A stretch of 64,000 bases of DNA from an uncultured virus (IMG/VR IMGVR_UViG_3300027901_000780) (taxonomy: Duplodnaviria; Heunggongvirae; Uroviricota; Caudoviricetes): IMG/VR virus record IMGVR_UViG_3300027901_000780; one strand, written 5' to 3'. Position numbers and translations under genes: made by a program. Positions 10,719 to 21,983 of the stretch are shown here, in pieces (within the stretch, counting starts at the first letter, position 1; each line of letters opens with the position of its first letter). Under the pieces are notes generated by a model. That model saw only the letters and a program-made list of their open reading frames with translations. It had not been told where the DNA came from and did not search any database.

Positions 10719-10946
10719 TTACAATATCATTTTTAATTTATTTTCTATTTTCTTTATAGGAACATTCATCCTAATTTCACATGAATCAATTGCACTTGTT
10801 AGGTCTTTCATATTTATTCTTCCAGTCTTTATATCATTCTCACTATAACCTAATTCCTTTAATTTTTCTATGATACAACTGTAATCTATTTTATCTGATT
10901 CAATTTCTTCTTCTATTTTATCCCATATTTCCATATACATCACCAT
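10719..10946 (-). CDS. Stand-alone C-x8-GY-x21-C protein
   Basis: SCIIEKLKELGYSENDIKTG..AIDSCEIRM. Confidence 0.85.
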   Translation of the reverse strand: MVMYMEIWDKIEEEIESDKIDYSCIIEKLKELGYSENDIKTGRINMKDLTSAIDSCEIRMNVPIKKIENKLKMIL

Positions 10947-11047
10947 ACTTTTATTGAGTATATATGATGAAATTTATATTCCTACTACTTACTTTTTATG
11001 TTTTTTATTTACCAAATACAAAACACAATATTACTTTACTTATTTAT

Positions 11048-11287
11048 CTATTTTTCAAATCCAAAAAATCTTTTTACACTCGCCCCTAATCCATCTGACT
11101 TTACTCTTACTGGTACTGCACTTATTGGTAATCTACCTATATTACATGCAGTCATTACTGTTTTTAAATCTTCTCTTGATACTCCACCATGTTCTATTTC
11201 ATCAAGTGAGTATCCTAACTCTTGTAATTTATCTTTTACACATTTTATGGATTCGGGACTTACCTTTCCATTTCCCATATTTTTCAT
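11048..11287 (-). CDS. Stand-alone C-x8-GY-x21-C protein
   Basis: KCVKDKLQELGYSLDEIEHG..VMTACNIGRL. Confidence 0.85.
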   Translation of the reverse strand: MKNMGNGKVSPESIKCVKDKLQELGYSLDEIEHGGVSREDLKTVMTACNIGRLPISAVPVRVKSDGLGASVKRFFGFEK

Positions 11288-11306
11288 CTCCTTAATATAT
11301 TTAAGA

Positions 11307-11672
11307 TTATAATCTATATACTTTTTGTCTTGCTAAAAATACACAAACCAATATTACTACTATTACTATTAATATATTCATTAATGTGGATAACCAATCC
11401 CAACTTATTGCTATGGTATCATATGCAAATATGACACTCCCTGCTGATATAAATAATCCACCTATAAACCCCACAACTATTGTCATACTCATTGCTATTA
11501 ATATTAAACCCAATGCCCAAAATCTAAATTGTACTCCCATTGAATATTCAAACCACTCTGGAAATGCTAATTGTAAATTATCCATTAATGCAACACTTGC
11601 TATACTACCTATTAATGCACCTATACCTACCGTTAAACCGCCTCTTGCTATTCCACCTACTTCTTCACTCAT
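11307..11672 (-). CDS. Small multi-TM membrane protein
   Basis: 3-4 hydrophobic Gly-rich segments. Confidence 0.85.
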   Translation of the reverse strand: MSEEVGGIARGGLTVGIGALIGSIASVALMDNLQLAFPEWFEYSMGVQFRFWALGLILIAMSMTIVVGFIGGLFISAGSVIFAYDTIAISWDWLSTLMNILIVIVVILVCVFLARQKVYRL

Positions 11673-12642
11673 CTCTTCTCATCTCAAAATCATTATATAT
11701 CTTTATTGTTTTATTTTTCTTTCTATATTTCTTTACATTATTATCCCTTAATATATCATATATCATATATATAATCCAACTTAATAAACCATAAATAAAT
11801 ACTAATAATACTGCTATAAATATATCTATGAATCCAAATGTCATTATACTATATAATAATGTTAAATATTCTGTTAATATCATAAATTGAAAATTTCTAT
11901 ATCTTATTGCTCTCTCTATTAATCCTATTGTATTGTAATAATATTCATTATTATTTCTATTCTTTAGTTTTGTGTATATTTTTGTTCCTGTTTCCCTAAA
12001 AAAACATTTACAAGATTTTAATTTTTGACTTTTTTTCAAATTTTCATACAATCGTATAATGTTTTTCGTGATATAGAATAAAAAATCACCACCCTTATTA
12101 AGAAAAACAATAAAATATTTTTTTAATTTTTTACTATATTGTGGTATGTTTATTATCATAGTATATATTATTATATTTATATATAACCATATTTTATTTA
12201 GTTCATTTTTTAATTTCTCTTTTTGTCTTAATTTTTCATTTCTATTTTTCTTCCTATTAAATATTTTAATTCTTTTTATTTCTTTTAATTCTTCACTTAT
12301 CTCATTAATTTTGTTATCTTCTATAAATTTAGCAAAATCTTTTCTCCTCATTATTGTAAAATTCATCCAAACCCCATCAACAAATGTCAAAATATTTATT
12401 CTTTCCATATCTTCAGTTATTTTACCATTAACACCAAATATTCCCAATTTTGTATTGAATACTTTAATGTTATTATTATTATCATTTTCAACAATTTCTT
12501 TCCTTTCTTCATTGATAATAATTTCCTCTATTTCTTCATTTAATTCAATTTTATTTATTTCTTCAATAACTGGAATTATATTTTCTTCTTCTTTTATTGT
12601 TAATTCTTTTATTATTTCCCCTTCATAATCTATAAATGGCAT
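11665..12642 (-). CDS. Membrane protein with N-terminal MPF tag
   Basis: Starts MPFIDYEGEIIKE; C-terminal TM segments. Confidence 0.8.
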   Translation of the reverse strand: MPFIDYEGEIIKELTIKEEENIIPVIEEINKIELNEEIEEIIINEERKEIVENDNNNNIKVFNTKLGIFGVNGKITEDMERINILTFVDGVWMNFTIMRRKDFAKFIEDNKINEISEELKEIKRIKIFNRKKNRNEKLRQKEKLKNELNKIWLYINIIIYTMIINIPQYSKKLKKYFIVFLNKGGDFLFYITKNIIRLYENLKKSQKLKSCKCFFRETGTKIYTKLKNRNNNEYYYNTIGLIERAIRYRNFQFMILTEYLTLLYSIMTFGFIDIFIAVLLVFIYGLLSWIIYMIYDILRDNNVKKYRKKNKTIKIYNDFEMRRDE

Positions 12643-15600
12643 TTATTCCTCCTCCTCTTTACTTAATCCTATTGATCTCTTTAAAAATGCTACCGTACCT
12701 TTTTCTTTTGCTACTACTTTTTCTAATTTTCTCTTTTCTTCTTTTTCTTCTTTTTCACCCACAACTAATAATTTTATTTGTTGTGATATTGACTTACCTT
12801 CTGCTTTCTCCCTATAATTTCTTATTGCATTAATTATTGTTGTTCTCTTCAAATATGCTATAAATCCTACTACTGCCACAATTAAAAATATTAAAATAGG
12901 TTTTAACCATAATGATATTATCTCTAATTGTATTGCAACAACCTCAACCCTTATTATAATTTCTCCTTTTAATAATATATAATCATTTATTGCTATTTTA
13001 TATAATCTATCATTATATGACCAATTAATATATGATGTTATATCTACATAACCAGTTCCATTTATATTCTCATAAATACTAAAATTTAAATAATGTGTTA
13101 CTGGATTATATTCATACCTTCCTAACCTTCCTATAAATTCATATAAAAATCCATACACATTTCTATCTACCTCTATTGTTGTTTCTATTATACCTACTGT
13201 CGGTCTATCTAATATTTCTTCATATAGTGATATAAATGGACTATATATGAAATGTAATTCACCAGTTGAATTTTCTATAATATCTACTGGTATATTCCAA
13301 CTTATTTCATTTACTATTCTTGAAAATCCTATTGAAACTCCTTCATACCTTACAAATAATATTGTCCATTTCTCACTTATATTTGCTTTCCAAAAAGTAC
13401 CATCTTCTGCATAATTTAATACTCCAATATAATATACAATCTCTCCTTTTCTAACCACATCTGTTATTTGTATAACATCTATTATTTCAACATATTTTCT
13501 CTCTTCTGGAAAAGTTGTACCATTTAATATATACCAATTATTGTTATAGTCATCTGTTAAATTTATGTTAATAAATGTAAAGTTATAATAATTTCCTAAT
13601 TCTATTGTTAATTTAAAATTTGTTACTCTTGTATATGTCATTCCATTGTATTTCCATAATGAATAATTTATTTGATAATAATTACCTAAATAATTATTTA
13701 ATATAATACTATAATTTATTATTCTCCAAAAATCTTCTATGTTACTCTTTAATTTTATTCTTAATTTAAAATAATCTGCCAAATCAACCAATGCTGTTAT
13801 ATCTTCTTGAACTATTGGTGTTTGTCCAACCAATAAATATTGTGATTCTGTTTTATTAGTATATATTCTTGGTATTGACATCTGTAACTTCCAATCCCAT
13901 GTTACTGTTAAACCTATTTCTCCTGTTATATCCTTATATTCACTTGATGTTACATTATACCAATATAAAAAATATTCTTCCTGTTCATAATATGTTAAAC
14001 TAAAATATCTTATATCTTTTTCAAAATACACATTATCATAATAATTCTTTGCAAAATTATCTAATTCTGTATCATTTGAATATAACCAAACCTTCAATTC
14101 AAATTTATCATTAATATCTAATTGTATTCCATGTTCTTCTTTAAATGGTAACATTGTCGCTATAAAATCAACTCTTGTATTATAATAATCCCACACATAA
14201 TAATCAAAATACATTACTTCTTGTGATGTACTTATTCCATACATATAATCTTCATTATTTATTAATAAATTAATAACTTCCCTATTACTTATATTAATCC
14301 ACCACTTACTCCTACTACTTGTTTCTAATGATGTATTAAAATTACCTTCATATCTATAATATACTACACCATAAAAGTTATATGTTGTATTTAATGTTCT
14401 TCTCCTGAAAAATAATGGTTCTCCTTCCAAAGAATACATCTCTATAAAGAAATTAGTAATATTTTCTTCATATATCATATTTTCTAACTTATATACCTCT
14501 AATCTTTCTGTTCCAATATCTAAATAATATTCATAATTATATAATCTTGTATAATTTATATATATTTTAAATTCTGTAATATTAATACCACTTAATTCAA
14601 ATAAACTTATATTTAAATTACTTCCTTTATGAATATACATATATTCTACCATATAATTCTCTCTTATATCTTCTACATAAAACCATAATGTGTAATTTAT
14701 ATATAAATCATAAAAAAAGTTATCTTTACTCGTAATTATGTCTATATATAATATATCTGTTCCATTTGAAAACCTATCAAAAGAAAACTCATATAATGAT
14801 TTATTAACTGGAATTAATTCATTTCCCCAACTATAAGTAATATTTAATGTTACATTTCCTGCCTCATAAAAATATCTTAATTCTAAATATAAACTCCAAT
14901 TTTGCCCTTCTATTAATTCATCTGTTATATTATCATATCCTAATGCTTCATGTATAATAATTGTACCATTTCTTGTTTTTAATCCAAATGAAGTAAAATC
15001 ATCAAACCCCGTTGTTATTAAGGTATCATTTATGTATAAATTCTCTAACTCATAAAACTCTGATATATTTGATATAATAATAGTATTTGTTGGTAATATA
15101 ATATTCATAGTACCATTTGTTGAACTTACTCCATGTTGATAAGTATATAACAACTCATCACTTAGTATCAATTCAATATTTTCTTTCCAATTAACAAATA
15201 TTTTATTTTCTAAGTTATAAACTACTCTCTTTACATAACCTAAAGTTATTTCATAATATAATGTATTTGATAATATATCATCTAAATCTGGAGATAAACC
15301 ACTAAACCTATAATTACTCATTTTATCATAATTTCTCCCTTCATAATATATTTCTGGAAAACCATCAGTAACATTACTCCAACTATAATCTATTGCATCT
15401 AAATAAACCATATCATTATCCCATAAATCAACAGTCCTATAATAATAATTATTTATTGAATAATTATTCTCTTGATAAAATAATACATTACTTTTCTTCA
15501 AATCATTATCAATCCATATATTATAAGTGTAATTATCAAATATCTCTAATTTAAAGTGATACCATACCCCTCTTGTTAATGATATTATATCCTCTAATAA

Positions 15601-18600
15601 ATATCCATTAATTACATCAACACCATCTACCATATCATATAATAACTTAATACATATCATATCATCATACCTTAATTCAAGTGTATGCTCACGACAAGTA
15701 TAACTATATGAATCTTCAACAGCAAACCACCACTCTATTATTCCACTTGACATATTACCATTATTTTTACTATTTGTACTATTAAAAAAATTCATTATTG
15801 AATTATAATCATCATCCCAATAATCCCATAATCTCACTACTTTACTATGTTCCTTAAAATTATCAACCCCCCTAACATCACCACCATTTTCATATTCATC
15901 CCATTCATCAATCTCTCCTCCCTTTGTATATGTAAATGAATATGTACCTTTATAATTGTTATATAATGGTGTCCCATTTAATCTTAAATCAATACTACCA
16001 TCTGGTAAAGTTGTATAATTATCAAATAGATTTATATTTATTAATAAACAATCTATTGTTATATTATAAAATATTGTTTCATTTATATTATATCCACTTA
16101 TATTAAATTGCATCTCCTTTATTTCTGTTCCTATCCTATTTCTTACATAATTACTTAAATTTGTTCTATCAATTAATATTGTTCCATTAGTTATTGTTAT
16201 ATTATTTAAATATGCAATTACATCCCATTCTACATTTGTATAATCATAAATACTAAATGATATATTTATATCACTAAATGAATCATTTATTATATTATTA
16301 TCTACATATGTAATATAATCCATATTATATTTAACCGTTATATTTGACATAAAATTTTCATAATAATATAATGTTTCATTAAATGTAATATTAACACTTC
16401 CTCTTGTTCCATTTGCTATATATAAATTTGCCCCATCACAATACCTTAATAATGTATCATTATTTAATTCACTTGTATTTACAAATGGTTGTAATACTGC
16501 ATAATCAATATATACAGCAGAAGAATTATCTGTTATTAAATTAAAACCTCCATCAAACTTAAATAATAAAGTTTTATTATTTTTTTCAACTAATCCATTT
16601 AAGTCATTTACAATATACCATGTATAATTATAATTATTTGGTAATATAAAGTCCCAATCCTTTTCTTCTAATATATACCATTCATTACTACTCCAATTCC
16701 ATATTTCTATTGATACACCTTCTGGTTGTGTAGTACCCATTCCCCAATGTAATGTTAAATTTAATTTTAATGCTTCATATATTAAATTCATTCCATATTC
16801 CGTTAAATTATAGTATAAATATATCTGTGAAACAACATCATCATCATAATTTGAACTTGCAAATACCCTATATACTGAATCATAATCTTCTGGTATTATT
16901 AAATCCCATGTACTTGTATAATTATTAAATACTCCATCAGTAATTGTTCCATATGAATAATTATATCCATCATGTGCATATCTTGTATCATTAAAATAAA
17001 TTAATTCACCTTCTCCTATAAATCCTTCTGTTATATTAATATACTCTAATATATAATTAGTATTATAATATGTTTCATTATAATCAATAAATATATCAAC
17101 CCCTGTTGTATTCCATTGTGTATTTTGGGTAGTCCCATATCCTTGTGGCATAACCCAATATAATGAATTATCTCCTTCCAAAATATTATTTGTAATATCT
17201 CCTTCTATATATCCATCTAATTCAAATGTTGGATCACTTTTATTGTATAAACTCACATTTTCAAATTGTATTGATGTTTGATTAATATTCCAACTTATAT
17301 TATCATATTCATTATATGTTCTATTAATATAATATGAATAATTTCCATTTATTTGATTCCAATACATTGAATTATTTGAATTAATATTAACATCATAATA
17401 TCCTCTCCAATCATATATATATTGGTTTTCACACTCCCTATATATTGGTTCTTCTGTAATTACCTTTAACTCTAATATTGAATTATTAGTAAATTTATTA
17501 TCTGGTTCAAGTACCATATTAAATCCACTTGTACCCACCTTTAATTCTTGGTCACCTGAATTAAATGTAACTCCAGTTGTTATTTCTGTCCAATCTACAT
17601 CTACCCCATATGAATTTTTACAAGTTAAATGTACATTTTGAAATGTCATTATATCAAATATATATATTTCTGGATTAGTTAAATTACCCTCTACTGGATT
17701 AGTTATTATATATCCCATAGTCCATTCATCTATCAATGTAAGTTCATCTATCATCCAAAATCTTCCAGTTATTTCTATATCTGCTATAACCTTTATTCTT
17801 TTTCCAGTTCTCCAATCTATTCCAGTTGTAAAATTAATTGATCTCTTTGGCATTAATGTATTTAATAACTTTCCTTTTCCTAATCCACTATCAGATATAC
17901 TTATATTATTTGCCCGTAAATTTATTTCTCCACATTGTACTGTATCAAAAAATGTTATATTATTTACATTTACTGATAATTCATATTCTCCTGCTAAATT
18001 ACCACCACTACTTTCAAATCGTATTCTATAATAAAAGAAATTTGTATAACTAAAGTATAATATTGTACTATGACTTGGTGGATTACTTACATAAGTTGTA
18101 TATTGATATATTTTATTTATATCATACACATCAACATAAAATCTTGTATATGCTATTGTCGCTATTACATCTCCTTCTGGTACAACCGTAAATTCTTGAT
18201 TATATAAAAATGATATATTTATACTACTTGCATAATGAAACATAGTATGATTCATTAATTCAGTATGTACCCCAACCCATCCACCACTATCATAATGCAT
18301 CTCAAAATAATTATTTGCCTCTGCAAAACTATATGTACTTGGTGTAGAAACACAACCAACATCTCTTAATGTTTCATTTACCATCCTTATATAATCAATT
18401 AATACTGATATATTTCCATTATCTGAAGCAACTGTTTCTGTTAAATTTATTCCTATATGTGTAATATCTTCATCTATTGTTATTGGCAATTCTAACCTTC
18501 CCCATTGTGTTACACTATAATATGATGACCACACCCATCCAAACGTATCATACCTTACTCCTATACATGAATGTATATTTTGTATAGTTCCACTCCATCT

Positions 18601-19986
18601 ATAATTTGTTAATATTGCTTGACAATAATTACCATTATAATTTACATCTGGTATATCTTTTATTATTGTTATATTATTTATCTCTTCGTAAAAACCAAAA
18701 TCATTTATTCCATGACTATCAATACTTAACATTAATTTATCATCACCATATGTTGTTGGAAATAACTTTACCTCATAACTTCCATTAGGAAAATTATTAC
18801 TATCATCTTGTGTTGTCATAGCACCTATATACCACTCATCTTCTAATAATAAATTACTACTAAAATCCATATTTTGATAATCATATACTGGATTTGCAAA
18901 TGTTACCTTTATATATAAATAATCATACATTACATATTTGTCTATTGCTGGTGATGTAGTATATCCAGAATGAACAGCAATAGACATATAACCATTATTT
19001 GTCCAATCTATATAATCCTTACCATTTCTTTTCCATAATGTTCCTCCACTCTGTCTTTCATATAATGTAATAAATCCTACTTGCCAATAACTTACATCTG
19101 TACCTGCCCAATTAAATAATTCTTCATCTAAATCACCACCAGTTGTTGTCCATATAAATACTCTTCCCCTATCTAATGCACCTGTACTACCCTTTCCATG
19201 TGCAAATAAACCGTAATAAACATCAACCCTTTCTATATAATTTTGCCAATTTCCTAATGAACCAATTTGTCCTTGTTTATCTCTATCGTTACCATATCTA
19301 TTATTTACTAAATCAATATCTCCTATATAATAATCAAAAAAGGATAATGTATTCATTCCTGCCGCTGTATCATACCTTCCATCTGTTTCAAAATTATAAG
19401 TATCATTATAATCTACTTCATCATTATCTCCCCAAAAATTATCTGAATCAATATAAGCACCTTGTGTATGTATTTCAATATTATTATATATTCCCCTATA
19501 ACTATATGTTGAATAAGTACCTGTTACTGCATGTTGTACCGAAGTTTCATCCTTTGCATATATATTTGCACTTATTCCCCAAAAATCATCACTATTATCA
19601 TTAAAATCTTCTATTATTATATTACCATCATATAAACTTTCATCTTCTAATATTTCTGCACTATAATTATATTCAAATGTTTGATTATATGTATCATATA
19701 CCTTTAATCTATTAATTAATATACTACTATTTACTATATCAAATTGTGGTGATAATTTATCCCAATAATTAGGTATATAATAATCATATTCATAATATGT
19801 CTGAGTACCAACTATCCCTATTGTTGAATCAAACAAATCTATTTCACTACTTGATTTTTCATTTATACTATTATAAATATTATTTTTTTCATTATATAAT
19901 ATATTATTTTTCATATAAAATATACTTATAAAAAATTGAAATATTAATATTAATATAATTACTGTACTTACTATTTTTTTATTCAT
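12643..19986 (-). CDS. Giant membrane-anchored surface glycoprotein / adhesin-like protein
   Basis: 2447 aa; N-terminal signal MNKKIVSTVIILILIF, very many N-x-S/T sequons, beta-rich, C-terminal TM followed by KR and a charged tail. Confidence 0.9.
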   Translation of the reverse strand: MNKKIVSTVIILILIFQFFISIFYMKNNILYNEKNNIYNSINEKSSSEIDLFDSTIGIVGTQTYYEYDYYIPNYWDKLSPQFDIVNSSILINRLKVYDTYNQTFEYNYSAEILEDESLYDGNIIIEDFNDNSDDFWGISANIYAKDETSVQHAVTGTYSTYSYRGIYNNIEIHTQGAYIDSDNFWGDNDEVDYNDTYNFETDGRYDTAAGMNTLSFFDYYIGDIDLVNNRYGNDRDKQGQIGSLGNWQNYIERVDVYYGLFAHGKGSTGALDRGRVFIWTTTGGDLDEELFNWAGTDVSYWQVGFITLYERQSGGTLWKRNGKDYIDWTNNGYMSIAVHSGYTTSPAIDKYVMYDYLYIKVTFANPVYDYQNMDFSSNLLLEDEWYIGAMTTQDDSNNFPNGSYEVKLFPTTYGDDKLMLSIDSHGINDFGFYEEINNITIIKDIPDVNYNGNYCQAILTNYRWSGTIQNIHSCIGVRYDTFGWVWSSYYSVTQWGRLELPITIDEDITHIGINLTETVASDNGNISVLIDYIRMVNETLRDVGCVSTPSTYSFAEANNYFEMHYDSGGWVGVHTELMNHTMFHYASSINISFLYNQEFTVVPEGDVIATIAYTRFYVDVYDINKIYQYTTYVSNPPSHSTILYFSYTNFFYYRIRFESSGGNLAGEYELSVNVNNITFFDTVQCGEINLRANNISISDSGLGKGKLLNTLMPKRSINFTTGIDWRTGKRIKVIADIEITGRFWMIDELTLIDEWTMGYIITNPVEGNLTNPEIYIFDIMTFQNVHLTCKNSYGVDVDWTEITTGVTFNSGDQELKVGTSGFNMVLEPDNKFTNNSILELKVITEEPIYRECENQYIYDWRGYYDVNINSNNSMYWNQINGNYSYYINRTYNEYDNISWNINQTSIQFENVSLYNKSDPTFELDGYIEGDITNNILEGDNSLYWVMPQGYGTTQNTQWNTTGVDIFIDYNETYYNTNYILEYINITEGFIGEGELIYFNDTRYAHDGYNYSYGTITDGVFNNYTSTWDLIIPEDYDSVYRVFASSNYDDDVVSQIYLYYNLTEYGMNLIYEALKLNLTLHWGMGTTQPEGVSIEIWNWSSNEWYILEEKDWDFILPNNYNYTWYIVNDLNGLVEKNNKTLLFKFDGGFNLITDNSSAVYIDYAVLQPFVNTSELNNDTLLRYCDGANLYIANGTRGSVNITFNETLYYYENFMSNITVKYNMDYITYVDNNIINDSFSDINISFSIYDYTNVEWDVIAYLNNITITNGTILIDRTNLSNYVRNRIGTEIKEMQFNISGYNINETIFYNITIDCLLININLFDNYTTLPDGSIDLRLNGTPLYNNYKGTYSFTYTKGGEIDEWDEYENGGDVRGVDNFKEHSKVVRLWDYWDDDYNSIMNFFNSTNSKNNGNMSSGIIEWWFAVEDSYSYTCREHTLELRYDDMICIKLLYDMVDGVDVINGYLLEDIISLTRGVWYHFKLEIFDNYTYNIWIDNDLKKSNVLFYQENNYSINNYYYRTVDLWDNDMVYLDAIDYSWSNVTDGFPEIYYEGRNYDKMSNYRFSGLSPDLDDILSNTLYYEITLGYVKRVVYNLENKIFVNWKENIELILSDELLYTYQHGVSSTNGTMNIILPTNTIIISNISEFYELENLYINDTLITTGFDDFTSFGLKTRNGTIIIHEALGYDNITDELIEGQNWSLYLELRYFYEAGNVTLNITYSWGNELIPVNKSLYEFSFDRFSNGTDILYIDIITSKDNFFYDLYINYTLWFYVEDIRENYMVEYMYIHKGSNLNISLFELSGINITEFKIYINYTRLYNYEYYLDIGTERLEVYKLENMIYEENITNFFIEMYSLEGEPLFFRRRTLNTTYNFYGVVYYRYEGNFNTSLETSSRSKWWINISNREVINLLINNEDYMYGISTSQEVMYFDYYVWDYYNTRVDFIATMLPFKEEHGIQLDINDKFELKVWLYSNDTELDNFAKNYYDNVYFEKDIRYFSLTYYEQEEYFLYWYNVTSSEYKDITGEIGLTVTWDWKLQMSIPRIYTNKTESQYLLVGQTPIVQEDITALVDLADYFKLRIKLKSNIEDFWRIINYSIILNNYLGNYYQINYSLWKYNGMTYTRVTNFKLTIELGNYYNFTFININLTDDYNNNWYILNGTTFPEERKYVEIIDVIQITDVVRKGEIVYYIGVLNYAEDGTFWKANISEKWTILFVRYEGVSIGFSRIVNEISWNIPVDIIENSTGELHFIYSPFISLYEEILDRPTVGIIETTIEVDRNVYGFLYEFIGRLGRYEYNPVTHYLNFSIYENINGTGYVDITSYINWSYNDRLYKIAINDYILLKGEIIIRVEVVAIQLEIISLWLKPILIFLIVAVVGFIAYLKRTTIINAIRNYREKAEGKSISQQIKLLVVGEKEEKEEKRKLEKVVAKEKGTVAFLKRSIGLSKEEEE

Positions 19987-20030
19987 TAATATTTACCTCA
20001 TATTCTAATATTATAATTTTTATTATTTAT

Positions 20031-20327
20031 TTATCCAATTACACCATATGCTATATCATATGCAAGTTCTATACTATGATATAATTCAATAAGTATTAAA
20101 AAGGTAAAAACAATTACTATTATACCAATAATACTTGAAAATCTTCCTAAACTTTTTATTTCTACCTCTAATTCTACCTTCTCTCCTTTTTTTATATCAA
20201 TTCTATTACTTAATATTCTTCTTACTATTATTGCCCTTATCTCAATCATTACAAATATTATCAATAATATAGATAATATAAATGTAATAATAAAGAAATA
20301 AGAAAATTCAAGTTGTACAATTGCCAT
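20031..20327 (-). CDS. Small two-TM protein
   Basis: Two hydrophobic helices. Confidence 0.8.
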   Translation of the reverse strand: MAIVQLEFSYFFIITFILSILLIIFVMIEIRAIIVRRILSNRIDIKKGEKVELEVEIKSLGRFSSIIGIIVIVFTFLILIELYHSIELAYDIAYGVIG

Positions 20328-20350
20328 TTCTCATTCATCTCCTTTATATT

Positions 20351-20740
20351 TTACTTTATTTTCTTCATATTACAATTCTTTTCATCATATATTTTAATAA
20401 AATTATTTAACTCTTTTAGCCTCATATCCCTTTGTTCTGACAATGTATTTATATCTTTATTCCTTGACCTAATAATAGAATTTATATACTCTATTCTCTT
20501 CTTATATGATTCTATTAATTCATCTTCTTCAGAAAACTTTTCTCCTGCTTCTAATTTTTCAATTTTCTTTTTTGCTAAACTAATTATTATCTTTTCAGCA
20601 TTAATTTTTTCTTTATCTAAATTTCTATTATATTGATATTTTTCTTCCATTGATTTAACTATCTTACTTATATTATCTATTTCCTTTTCTAATTCTTTCT
20701 TCATTTCTTCACATGATAATCCTCTAAAAAGTATTTCCAT
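20351..20740 (-). CDS. Paired-Cys coiled-coil hairpin protein (CxxKKL family)
   Basis: LSCEEMK...CNMKKIK. Confidence 0.85.
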   Translation of the reverse strand: MEILFRGLSCEEMKKELEKEIDNISKIVKSMEEKYQYNRNLDKEKINAEKIIISLAKKKIEKLEAGEKFSEEDELIESYKKRIEYINSIIRSRNKDINTLSEQRDMRLKELNNFIKIYDEKNCNMKKIK

Positions 20741-20747
20741 TTTTATT

Positions 20748-21104
20748 TCACTCCTTTTTCTTTATGAATAATGCCCAAGTTCTTCCATATAATCCTTTTT
20801 GTTCATGTCCCATACCTAATATTTCAAATCCCTTTTTATTCATTTCTGATTTCCACTCTTCCTCTGTAATACTTAATCCTTTTAACATACAATAATCTTT
20901 CATTTCTTCTTCAGTTATTTTACTAATAGGTTTCTTTAATTCTAATGAAAGTTCTGCCAATGGTATGCAACTACCACTCCAACCTTCATATTTTACTATA
21001 AAATTATCATTTAACTTTTCTTCTCCACACTCATCTGACACTTCATCTACTATTTCCCATAATCTATTTAATACTTTCTCTGGTATTATATCCTTTATAC
21101 CCAT
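20748..21104 (-). CDS. Hypothetical protein
   Basis: ORF with GAGGT RBS. Confidence 0.8.
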   Translation of the reverse strand: MGIKDIIPEKVLNRLWEIVDEVSDECGEEKLNDNFIVKYEGWSGSCIPLAELSLELKKPISKITEEEMKDYCMLKGLSITEEEWKSEMNKKGFEILGMGHEQKGLYGRTWALFIKKKE

Positions 21105-21116
21105 AAAACTTATACC

Positions 21117-21983
21117 TCAATTAATATTTAATAATTTATTTATTTCTTCATATTTTCCACTTTCTTCTAACATATATATTTTTATTGCTAAATTTGAATC
21201 CTCCCTAAATATAAATGGAAAAAAGTTTATTCCAAATTTAAGATTAGGAAATTCTTCTCTTTTTTCCAATTCTTTTTCTTGTTCTTCTGTTAAATAAAAT
21301 AAATATCCCTTTCCCATTAATAATGATTTAATATTATCTAAATAGTCTTTAGTAATTGGTGTATCTTTTAATTCTTGTTGTAAAAATATTATTAATTTAT
21401 TTGTACTTATAAATTCATTTTTATCTAAATAATCATCTAACTTATCTTTTATCTTTCTAAATTCTGCTTCCATACCCAAACTCGTACCTAAATCATGAAT
21501 AATAATTAATTTATTTATATCACAACTCTTATTTTTTGCTATATCTTCAATAAATTTTATAATATTATCTCTATTTTCCATTTCTTTCCAAATATTATCC
21601 AACTTTATAGTTAATTCATTAATCATACCTTGAATAACATTTTTATCTATACCCTTCCATTTCTCTTGCATTTCTATTTTTCTACCAATACAATCAGGAC
21701 ATATTTTTAATACTCCTTCTTCTTCCAATCTTTTCCATTCTTCTATTTCTTCTTCTGTATATGGTTCTTCTATCATTATAGATAAACCACCCCTCTCTCC
21801 TGCTATTTTATTATATATATCTAATAAATTTTTCTTTTCTACTATAAATTTATCAATTTCATTTTGTAATTTATTACAATCCATTTTCTCTATTTTTTCT
21901 TTTATTTTTGTTATATCTACTTCTGTCTTTAACATTATTCTTTTTGCATCTAATATACCATTATCATCCATTTTTATCATCAA
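21117..21983 (-). CDS. Paired-Cys hairpin fused to C-terminal domain
   Basis: MDCNKLQ...SCDINKL internal motif, CPDC insert. Confidence 0.8.
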   Translation of the reverse strand: MMIKMDDNGILDAKRIMLKTEVDITKIKEKIEKMDCNKLQNEIDKFIVEKKNLLDIYNKIAGERGGLSIMIEEPYTEEEIEEWKRLEEEGVLKICPDCIGRKIEMQEKWKGIDKNVIQGMINELTIKLDNIWKEMENRDNIIKFIEDIAKNKSCDINKLIIIHDLGTSLGMEAEFRKIKDKLDDYLDKNEFISTNKLIIFLQQELKDTPITKDYLDNIKSLLMGKGYLFYLTEEQEKELEKREEFPNLKFGINFFPFIFREDSNLAIKIYMLEESGKYEEINKLLNIN

